This document shows, in pieces, positions 56,980-64,000 of a stretch of 64,000 bases of DNA. The position numbers and the translations under genes were made by a program. How positions within the stretch are numbered: the first letter of the stretch is position 1; each line of letters begins with the position of its first letter. The stretch spans positions 6,004 through 70,003 of the forward strand of contig JASFNW010000002.1 in assembly GCA_050116835.1 (NCBI GenBank), given 5' to 3'. The notes below the pieces were generated by a model. The model did not search any database. It was given only the letters and a program-made list of their open reading frames with translations, and was not told where the DNA came from. Origin of the DNA: Desulfobacterales bacterium (GTDB taxonomy: Bacteria; Desulfobacterota; Desulfobacteria; Desulfobacterales; JAHEIW01).

Positions 56980-58149
56980 ATGAATAACTCTGTGTCGCTA
57001 TCAGGAAGCCTGGATTTTTTAAATTTAGGCGAATTGTTGAATTTACTCGGCAGCAACGGGAGTTCCGGTGTGCTGCGCATAAAAAGCAGCTACAAAGCGG
57101 AGGCGGGATTGGTATACCTGGATAAGGGAAATCCGATAAACGCAACCAACGGGGCTTTATCCGGTATAGATGCCATATTTTCCCTGTTCGGATGGACGGA
57201 TGGTAATTTTGAGTTCACACAGGAAGAACCCAGCTGTCAAAAGACAATTACCAAAAGCCGAATGGAAATTATTCTCGACGGCCTGCGCTTGCTGGACGAA
57301 GGCAAGATCGAGAAACTCGGCCCGACAACAGCCGCCAGTTCCCAGGCTGAGAAAGCGACTGTATCCGGCAAGGTTCCGCTGATCAAAGGCCCCCTCGTCG
57401 ATTATTCCTACGTGGTTGACGAAGAAGGATTTTACGACGGAGATGAAATCGTGCAGGAAGGCAACCATGGAGACTGGATATGGGTCATTCTGGAAGGTAT
57501 TGCAGAGATCAGCAAAAAGATCGCAAACGGTTCAATTGAAATATTGAGAATAGGGGATGGCGCTTTTCTGGGCAGTATCGCAGCTTTGATCTCTGCAGGA
57601 CGAGTGCGCACGGCAACCATCACCGCTGTGGGCAACGTACAATTGGGTATGTTGGATTCGCAGTTGCTGGCCAATGAGCTGGCCAATGTGTCTGCAGATT
57701 TTAAAAACATTTTAAGCAGCATTGATTCCCGCTTGAAGCAGGTGGTCGAAATGGCCGTTCAGATCAAGGAGAATCAAAAAGATCCGGAAAGCTATATCAA
57801 GGGCAAAAAACAATTGATCAAACAGGGCCAGGATGAAGATCGCCTTTTTACGATAAAAGATGGCCAGGTGGTTATCGCCCGCAAAACCGAAAACGGCTAC
57901 GTACCGCTTGCCCAGCTTAAAAAGGGAGATTTTTTCGGGCGGATTCCCTTTTTGGACATGGGGCATGAGCCTTACTCTGCGGCGGTATTTTCATCAGACA
58001 ATCTCAAATTGGCTGCCGTTGACACAAAAAAGCTGGAATCAGAGCATCAGCAGTTATCGTCTACCCTAAAAAACATTATTGAACATCTGGCAACCACAGT
58101 TTCTGTAAGTACTCGGATCACCTGTGACTTTAAAAACCAGAAGCCGTAA
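56980..58149 (+). CDS. DUF4388 (PATAN) domain protein with two cyclic-nucleotide-binding-like domains
   Basis: 389 aa. The N-terminus GSLDFLNLGELLNLLGSNGSSGVLRI...GLVYLDKGNPINA looks like DUF4388. Two cNMP-like beta-barrels follow (EGNHGDWIWVILEGIAEI...IGDGAFLGSIAAL and LFTIKDGQVVIARK...LKKGDFFGRIPFL). Confidence 0.65.
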   Translation: MNNSVSLSGSLDFLNLGELLNLLGSNGSSGVLRIKSSYKAEAGLVYLDKGNPINATNGALSGIDAIFSLFGWTDGNFEFTQEEPSCQKTITKSRMEIILDGLRLLDEGKIEKLGPTTAASSQAEKATVSGKVPLIKGPLVDYSYVVDEEGFYDGDEIVQEGNHGDWIWVILEGIAEISKKIANGSIEILRIGDGAFLGSIAALISAGRVRTATITAVGNVQLGMLDSQLLANELANVSADFKNILSSIDSRLKQVVEMAVQIKENQKDPESYIKGKKQLIKQGQDEDRLFTIKDGQVVIARKTENGYVPLAQLKKGDFFGRIPFLDMGHEPYSAAVFSSDNLKLAAVDTKKLESEHQQLSSTLKNIIEHLATTVSVSTRITCDFKNQKP

Positions 58150-58194
58150 AGTCAATCAACCTAAACCGAAAACAAAATCCAATAAGAGACAATT

Positions 58195-58542
58195 ATGGCC
58201 AAAGAAGAAAAAAGAAAGCATACTCGAATCGACTCGCTGAATCTTTCCTATTTTTGTCTGGATGAAAACAACCAGATTATCAAGCAGGGTATGGGACGAA
58301 CGCTGAATGTATCTGAATCCGGGATTTTATTGGAAACCCATTTCCCGATTGATGAAGAACACACCATTACCCTGACGCTCGGACTGGAGGAAGACTTGGT
58401 CGAGATCACCGGGCGTCCAGTACACAGTCGCACCAATCAAGATGGCAAACATGTGGTCGGGATTGAATTTCTTAAGACCAATGAAAAGGCCCGCACTGTC
58501 CTTAAACAGTTCATTGATGCCTTTCAGGTCAAAAGCACATAA
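58195..58542 (+). CDS. PilZ-domain protein
   Basis: 115 aa. RKHTR is the RxxxR motif and NVSESG is the (D/N)xSxxG motif. Confidence 0.75.
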   Translation: MAKEEKRKHTRIDSLNLSYFCLDENNQIIKQGMGRTLNVSESGILLETHFPIDEEHTITLTLGLEEDLVEITGRPVHSRTNQDGKHVVGIEFLKTNEKARTVLKQFIDAFQVKST

Positions 58543-58750
58543 CGGAAAAAAGTTTCCCAAAACACCGCCGGCCCCTTGACCTTCATTCCAGAATACCCCA
58601 TATATAGTGGTTGTTAAAAAACCGTTGCGGTATGTGAGCATCTTTTTTACGATCTCTTAGGCTGCAATTCCGTATTGAGAACCCCGGATATAGCTGAGTA
58701 TTTGTTGCGAGCGCGCCGACAAAACTTTTCGACACAGAGGAGTGATCACC

Positions 58751-59647
58751 ATGATTAAACCTGTCAGTGAAACCGAATTTCCTGAATTAAACCTGTTAAA
58801 ACGCGGCAAGGTTCGAGATGTTTATGAACTGGACGCGGCGCTGTTGATGGTGGCCACCGACCGTATATCTGCATTTGATGTCGTCATGCCGGAGCCGGTC
58901 CCCGATAAAGGCATTATTTTAACCCAGATTTCGTTGTTCTGGTTTGGTATCATGCAACCGCTCGTTGAAAATCATGTCATTGCAACGGATGTCGAGCAGT
59001 ACCCAGCCGTCTGCCGTCCGTACGCAGATATTTTGCGGGGTCGCAGCATGCTGGTTAAAAAAGCCCAACCGTTGCCGATTGAATGCATTGTTCGCGGCTA
59101 TATTTCAGGGTCCGGATGGAAAGATTACCGTGAGACAGGAGCGGTTTGCGGGATATCGTTACCGGAAGGATTGAAGGAATCCGAGAAATTGCCCGAGCCC
59201 ATTTTCACACCATCCACCAAAGCAGAGCTTGGCGAACATGATATCAATATCGGCTTTGACGAGGCGGTGCGACGAATCGGCCAACCGCAGGCCGAGAAGA
59301 TCAGAGACCTCAGTTTGGCTATTTACAAAAAGGGCGCCGACCTAGCCGCTGAACGCGGCATCATCATTGCCGACACGAAATTTGAATTTGGTCAAATTGA
59401 TGATGATATCATTCTGATTGATGAAATTTTAACACCGGATTCATCGCGGTTTTGGCCGAAGGAAAGCTATCGGCCTGGAGGAGCTCAAAAAAGCTATGAC
59501 AAACAGTTTGTTCGGGATTATTTAAATTCATTGGACTGGGACAAAAAAGCGCCCGGCCCCCCACTGCCCGAAGCAGTTGTTACCAAAACGCGTCAAAAAT
59601 ATTTGGATGCTTTAACCCAGCTGACCGGCAGCCGTCATGGACTCTAA
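58751..59647 (+). CDS. purC: phosphoribosylaminoimidazole-succinocarboxamide (SAICAR) synthase
   Basis: I prefer ATG 58751, which lies 9 nt after AGAGGA. The ORF track starts at GTG 58742. Motifs: [32 protein letters not shown]. Confidence 0.93.
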   Translation: MIKPVSETEFPELNLLKRGKVRDVYELDAALLMVATDRISAFDVVMPEPVPDKGIILTQISLFWFGIMQPLVENHVIATDVEQYPAVCRPYADILRGRSMLVKKAQPLPIECIVRGYISGSGWKDYRETGAVCGISLPEGLKESEKLPEPIFTPSTKAELGEHDINIGFDEAVRRIGQPQAEKIRDLSLAIYKKGADLAAERGIIIADTKFEFGQIDDDIILIDEILTPDSSRFWPKESYRPGGAQKSYDKQFVRDYLNSLDWDKKAPGPPLPEAVVTKTRQKYLDALTQLTGSRHGL

Positions 59648-60647
59648 GCCATCCGGAGATCGATCAGAAAACAAATCCGTTTCAGCGCTTCCCTCAGCCC
59701 GTATGGATACGGTTTCACTGACTGATATTGACACCCAGGATACAACTTATCGCATAACCACCCGGAACCAGCTGGAAGATCTGCTGGTAACAATTCCGTC
59801 TTTTGGATTGCTGCATCCACCGGTGTTGATCGAAAAACCATCCGTATACAGTGTTGTTTGCGGTTTTCGCCGAATTGCCGCTTGCCGCAGGCTCGGGTGG
59901 AAATCGATGGATGCCGGAATCCTTGCAGCCGTCCACGATCGTTTTCAAATAGCCCAGCTGGCCGTTGCCGATAACATCCTGCAGCGGCCGCTGAATTTGA
60001 TCGAAACTTCCAGGGCATTGAATCTGCTGATGGAAAAGAGCCCGGATCGTCAACAGTTGGAAAAGGCGGCACTGGCGCTGGGGTTGCCGGTCAATCCTTC
60101 TGTGGCAACCAAAATTCAGCAACTCTGTCAGCTGGCGATTCCCATTCAGGAAGGCATTCTATCCGATACCATCAATTTGTCGATGGCTCTGGAACTGGGA
60201 AAAATGGATGCGACGGATTCTGGAATGCTTGTTGCGCTTTTCAACCGGCTTAAACTGGGGTTGAACAAGCAAAGGGAGTTGCTCGGGCTAGTAACCGAAA
60301 TTGCCAAACGTGAAGATACTTCCATCCAGCAACTGATCGGCGAACCATCGCTTCAGGATATTTTGCAGAACGCGGATCTTGATCGCGCGATTCAACGCCA
60401 ACAAATCAGATCTTTGTTGCGCCAAAGAAGATATCCAGCCATCACCGAAGCCGAAGCGAACTTCGGAAAACAGGTCCGGCAGCTCAAACTCGGCAAGCAT
60501 ATCCAATTGGTTCCACCAAGAGATTTTGAAGGCACCACCTATACGATGACACTGCACTTTAAAAATTTGCAGGACCTTAGTGATCTGAATGCAAAGATTG
60601 TTAAAATACTTGAACAGCCTGCGCTGGGTAAGATATTGAAGCGTTAA
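59637..60647 (+). CDS. ParB/Srx-fold N-terminal domain protein (ParB-like nuclease/NTPase domain)
   Basis: 336 aa. The start overlaps the purC stop by 11 nt. [43 protein letters not shown] matches the ParB N-terminal GxRR box layout. Confidence 0.6.
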   Translation: MDSKPSGDRSENKSVSALPSARMDTVSLTDIDTQDTTYRITTRNQLEDLLVTIPSFGLLHPPVLIEKPSVYSVVCGFRRIAACRRLGWKSMDAGILAAVHDRFQIAQLAVADNILQRPLNLIETSRALNLLMEKSPDRQQLEKAALALGLPVNPSVATKIQQLCQLAIPIQEGILSDTINLSMALELGKMDATDSGMLVALFNRLKLGLNKQRELLGLVTEIAKREDTSIQQLIGEPSLQDILQNADLDRAIQRQQIRSLLRQRRYPAITEAEANFGKQVRQLKLGKHIQLVPPRDFEGTTYTMTLHFKNLQDLSDLNAKIVKILEQPALGKILKR

Positions 60648-60652
60648 ACAGC

Positions 60653-61792
60653 ATGCGAATATCAAAACTTTTTATTGATCGGCAGGTCGCCGACCACCCG
60701 TTGGCGCAGTCCATTCGGGCACGTCTGGATGTGCCCGCAACTATCGTTCTGAGTGCGCGACAGGTTCACGAAACGGTCGCGTCTTCAGCGGACCCTGTCC
60801 AAAGCGGAAAAGAAATTTTATATTTATCCCGCCATCAGGGCGCCTTTTTTAAACGCTGCCCGGGCACACGCCACTACATCTGCTGTGATTACCGAATCCT
60901 GCATATCGGCACGTTTTGCTATATGGATTGCGCCTATTGTATCCTGCAGACCTATTTTCATCCGCCCGTCTTGGAGTATTTTGTGAATCATGAAGATCTG
61001 ATTGCCGAACTCGATACGGTATTGGCGCAGAAAAACATATTACGAATCGGAACCGGTGAGTTTACCGATAGTTTGATCTGGACGTTGTGGTCCGATGTTG
61101 CAAAGGTGCTGGTCGAACGTTTTGCCGCTCAGAAACACGCTGTCCTCGAGTTCAAAACCAAAACGACTGCCATCGAACAACTGCAGGATCTCAATCACAA
61201 TCGTAAAACCATCGCGGCCTGGTCGCTAAACACACCGAGGATAATCCGAACCGAAGAACGCGGCACAGCCAGCCTCTCCGCCAGGATAGACGCGGCTGCC
61301 AGATGTGAAAAATGGGGGTACCCGCTGGCCTTTCACTTTGACCCGCTGATCATCTACGATGGCTGTGAACAGGAGTACGCCCAGGTCATCGAAAGCCTGT
61401 TTTCGCGCCTATCGGCCCAAAATATAGTCTGGATCAGCCTGGGAAGTCTGCGATTCCCGCCAACGGTTAAGCCGTTAATTCAGAAACGCTTTCCGGATTC
61501 AAAAATTGTGTATGCCGAATTTATCAGAGGTTCCGATGGAAAAATGCGATATTTTAAGCCGCTGCGAATTCATCTGTATCGCAAAATCATTGCCTGCATC
61601 CGGGATCATGCGCCGGATGTCGCCGTTTATCTGTGTATGGAAGATGATGAAGTCTGGCAAAAGACATTGGGTTTTAAACCCGATGATGTCGGCGGCTTGC
61701 CGCACATGCTGGATAAAAGTGCAGCCAAGCACTGTCATCTTAATTTAGCGGTACAAACTGCAACGGGCAACCGACAACGGAAAACGGACTAG
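60653..61792 (+). CDS. spore-photoproduct-lyase-family radical SAM protein
   Basis: 379 aa. It starts 5 nt after the ParB-like stop. The radical SAM triad is CYMDCAYC (Cx3Cx2C) and the general layout is SPL-like (YLSRHQGAFFKRCPGT...GTGEFTDS). Confidence 0.7.
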   Translation: MRISKLFIDRQVADHPLAQSIRARLDVPATIVLSARQVHETVASSADPVQSGKEILYLSRHQGAFFKRCPGTRHYICCDYRILHIGTFCYMDCAYCILQTYFHPPVLEYFVNHEDLIAELDTVLAQKNILRIGTGEFTDSLIWTLWSDVAKVLVERFAAQKHAVLEFKTKTTAIEQLQDLNHNRKTIAAWSLNTPRIIRTEERGTASLSARIDAAARCEKWGYPLAFHFDPLIIYDGCEQEYAQVIESLFSRLSAQNIVWISLGSLRFPPTVKPLIQKRFPDSKIVYAEFIRGSDGKMRYFKPLRIHLYRKIIACIRDHAPDVAVYLCMEDDEVWQKTLGFKPDDVGGLPHMLDKSAAKHCHLNLAVQTATGNRQRKTD

Positions 61793-61797
61793 ATCTT

Positions 61798-62448
61798 ATG
61801 CGCATGAAGCTTCGCACAACGCTATCGGTCGTCTGTTCCTTGATCTTTTTGCTCGGAACCGCGTGTTCAGCCGATACCGATTATCAGGTGAAATGGGTTG
61901 TCGACGGCGACACGATTTTGCTGACAGAGGGGGCAAAAGTGCGCTACATCGGCATAAACTCGCCTGAACTTCCGCGGGAAGATCATGTGGGCGAACCTTA
62001 TGCCGATGAGGCCAAACGTTACAATGCCCGGCTGGTCGATCACAAAAAAGTGCGCCTGGAATTCGACGTTGAACCGAACGATCGCTTTCAAAGACGCCTG
62101 GCTTACGTTTTTCTAAAAGGCGGCACCTTCGTTAACGCTGAAATGCTTTCCCAGGGTTATGCTTATCTGCTGTATGTGCGGCCGAATGTGAAGTATCAGG
62201 CCACTTTGCTAACCGCGCAGCGGGCAGCGATGTCAGCTAAAAGGGGCATATGGTCCAACTGGCGGGAGCATAGTTCAACCTATATCGGAAACAAACGGTC
62301 ACGCCGCTTCCATCTGACCACCTGCGCATCGGGCAGGCGCATCAAGCCCAAAAACCGTATCGTCTTCAAGAAAAAATGGGATGCATACTGGGAAGGGTAC
62401 GCACCGGCAAAACCGTGCCAGCCGGTGTTTGAAATACCGCGGGATTAA
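61798..62448 (+). CDS. secreted thermonuclease (SNase-like) with C-terminal Cys-containing small domain
   Basis: 216 aa with a signal/lipobox-like N-terminus (LLGTACS). The SNase core is VVDGDTILL...VRYIGINSPE...GEPYADEAKRYN...RLAYVF...NAEMLSQGYA. The tail is RRFHLTTC...GYAPAKPC. Confidence 0.8.
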   Translation: MRMKLRTTLSVVCSLIFLLGTACSADTDYQVKWVVDGDTILLTEGAKVRYIGINSPELPREDHVGEPYADEAKRYNARLVDHKKVRLEFDVEPNDRFQRRLAYVFLKGGTFVNAEMLSQGYAYLLYVRPNVKYQATLLTAQRAAMSAKRGIWSNWREHSSTYIGNKRSRRFHLTTCASGRRIKPKNRIVFKKKWDAYWEGYAPAKPCQPVFEIPRD

Positions 62449-62449
62449 T

Positions 62450-62484
62450 CTGGTTGCTGGCTACTGGCCGCTCGCTTCCGGCAA
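62450..62484 (+). repeat. TGGC heptad tract starting 2 nt after the nuclease stop codon (5 units)
   Basis: CTGGTTG CTGGCTA CTGGCCG CTCGCTT CCGGCAA. Confidence 0.85.
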
Positions 62485-62494
62485 ATGGCCGAAA

Positions 62495-62522
62495 CCGTCA
62501 GCAGCAAGAAGCCAGCTGCCAA
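62495..62522 (-). repeat. TGGC heptad tract just downstream of the EF-G stop (4 units, minus-strand sense)
   Basis: The minus strand reads TTGGCAG CTGGCTT CTTGCTG CTGACGG. AGCCAGC here is complementary to GCTGGCT at 62456-62462. Confidence 0.8.
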
Positions 62523-62524
62523 TT

Positions 62525-64000
62525 TTATTCTTGATTCCGCTTGGTTTCTTCGATAATTTTTTCGGCGATCTGAGCGGGGACCTCGTCATAATGTGAAGAT
62601 TCCATCGTAAATATTCCCCGTCCGCCGGTCATCGAGCGCAGATCCGAAGCATAACTTAAGAATTCCGCCATGGGCACCTGGGCATTAATCACCTGATTTT
62701 TTCCGGCATTGTCCATACCCAGGACTTTGCCCCGGCGACCATTGAGATCGCCCATGATGTCGCCCATGAACTCTTCCGGTGTGGTCACCTGAACTTTCAT
62801 GACAGGCTCGAGCAGGGTCGGCGTGGCACTCTCGACGGCCTTCTTAAATGCCAGAGAGCCGGCAATCTTAAAAGCCATTTCGGAAGAATCCACCTGGTGA
62901 TAGGAACCATCATCCAGGGTAACTTTGAAATCCACCGTCGGAAAACCGGCCAGAACGCCTTTTTGAGCGGACTCAACGATGCCTTTTTCCACGGCCGGTA
63001 TATACGTCTTGGGAATCACGCCGCCGACAATTGCATCTACAAATTCAAAACCTTTGCCGCGGGGCAGGGGCTCAATTTGAATCCAGCAATCACCATACTG
63101 ACCATGACCGCCGGTTTGTTTTTTATGCTTGCCCTGCACCCGGGCCTTGCCTTTTATGGTCTCCCGATAGGGAACTTTGGGTGTATTCAGCTGTGCTTCA
63201 ACATTGAATTTTCGTTTGAGTTTATCCAGCACCGTTTCAATGTGAATCTGTCCCAGTCCTGAAAGCAGGATTTCTTTTGTTTCGGCCACACGTTCCAGCT
63301 TGAGAGAAGGATCTTCTTCCAGAAGCTTGGATAAGGAAATAAAAATCTTATCCTCATCCCCTTTGGACTTCGCAGTCATGGCAAACGAAATCAAGCTGGG
63401 AAGCGGTTCTGCGCAGGCATACTGGATTTTGTCACTGCTATCGCATAGCGTATCACCGGTAGCAGTCTCTTTTAACTTCGCTACTGCGACAATAGCGCCC
63501 GGGCCGGCTTCGGTGACTGCCTTTTGTTCCTTGCCGGTAATGGAAAGCAGTTGTGTGAACCGTTCCTTGCCATCTTTATTCGGGTTGTAGAAGGTACCAT
63601 CACTTCCCAGTTTGCCGGAAACAATGCGGAATATCGTCAGCCGACCCGCATAGGGATCCGCCAGCGTCTTGATCACATATCCTGAAAAGGGTGCATTCTC
63701 ATCCGGTGCTCTTTCGGTTTCTTTGCCGCTGTCCGGATCAACTCCTTTTGCCGGGCCGCGATCGATTGGAGAGGGCATGCTGGTAACGATAAAATCCATT
63801 AACAAATCGATGCCGACATTTTGGGACGCTGATCCACAAAGCACCGGCACAAAGGTATGCGACAGCGTTCCATTTCGCAAGGCGACGTTCAACTCCTCAT
63901 CCGATAACGCTTCGCCTTCAAGATATTTTTCGATTAAACTATCGTCAGCCTCAGCAATATTTTCAACCAAAGCCTCTCTTTCAGTTTCCACCAGATCCTG
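62525..64000 (-). CDS. fusA: elongation factor G family GTPase, C-terminal ~490 aa (5' end beyond window)
   Basis: The ORF stays open to the window edge. EF-G domains II-V are recognisable (FVPVLCGSA, GTFYNPNK, GLGQIHIE, GGHGQYG, EPVMKVQVTTPEEFMGDIMGDLNGRRG). Confidence 0.9.
   Translation of the reverse strand, partial: QDLVETEREALVENIAEADDSLIEKYLEGEALSDEELNVALRNGTLSHTFVPVLCGSASQNVGIDLLMDFIVTSMPSPIDRGPAKGVDPDSGKETERAPDENAPFSGYVIKTLADPYAGRLTIFRIVSGKLGSDGTFYNPNKDGKERFTQLLSITGKEQKAVTEAGPGAIVAVAKLKETATGDTLCDSSDKIQYACAEPLPSLISFAMTAKSKGDEDKIFISLSKLLEEDPSLKLERVAETKEILLSGLGQIHIETVLDKLKRKFNVEAQLNTPKVPYRETIKGKARVQGKHKKQTGGHGQYGDCWIQIEPLPRGKGFEFVDAIVGGVIPKTYIPAVEKGIVESAQKGVLAGFPTVDFKVTLDDGSYHQVDSSEMAFKIAGSLAFKKAVESATPTLLEPVMKVQVTTPEEFMGDIMGDLNGRRGKVLGMDNAGKNQVINAQVPMAEFLSYASDLRSMTGGRGIFTMESSHYDEVPAQIAEKIIEETKRNQE

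Noticed and set aside
58543-58741. Possible ZTP or purine riboswitch upstream of purC, and similarly upstream of guaA.
   Set aside because: I could not find the conserved cores in either leader (for example the GGGTCGTGAC...CCGCCTGGGC motif of the ZTP riboswitch or the purine three-way junction motifs). Only a plausible sigma-70 promoter is seen (TTGACC at 58576, ATATAT near 58600).

Overview
This is a 64-kb chromosomal segment with about 55 supportable protein-coding genes. I found no rRNA, tRNA, CRISPR array, transposase or integrase. The gene content suggests an anaerobic deltaproteobacterial, Desulfobacterales-like organism: octaheme HAO-like and NrfH-like cytochromes, ADP-forming acyl-CoA synthetase, LarB, an MglA-type GTPase and FmdE. 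That lineage call is inference only and no composition statistics were computed.

Housekeeping genes I recognise with confidence are aconitase, guaA, efp, manA, ihfA-like, ispF, uvrB, uvrC, mdh, purC and a partial fusA-like EF-G. The window is unusually rich in DNA-metabolism genes: a YprA/MrfA-type helicase, recC/recB/recD, uvrBC, two ComEA-like genes, an SPL-like radical SAM gene, a ParB-like gene and a thermonuclease.

The most interesting observations are:
1. A pentapeptide-repeat/TIR fusion protein heads a block of lineage-specific secreted and membrane proteins (9.0-16.1 kb).
2. A DEAD-box/DUF1998 helicase is fused in frame to a DEDD exonuclease (21.4-24.3 kb).
3. A three-gene cassette (FHA, FliK-like, FlhB-C-terminal-like) is inserted between recC and recB-recD (39.5-41.5 kb).
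4. An MglA-like GTPase lacks MglB and is followed by a DUF4388(PATAN)+2x cNMP-binding protein and a PilZ protein (56.2-58.5 kb).
5. A purC-coupled ParB-like / SPL-like radical SAM / secreted nuclease trio lies at 59.6-62.4 kb.
6. An unlisted 49-aa peptide with 10 cysteines has its own RBS and terminator (5003-5210).
7. Recurring TGGC-based heptad/palindromic elements occupy four of the eight convergent intergenic spacers.

All family assignments come from motif recognition by eye. None has been confirmed by a database search.
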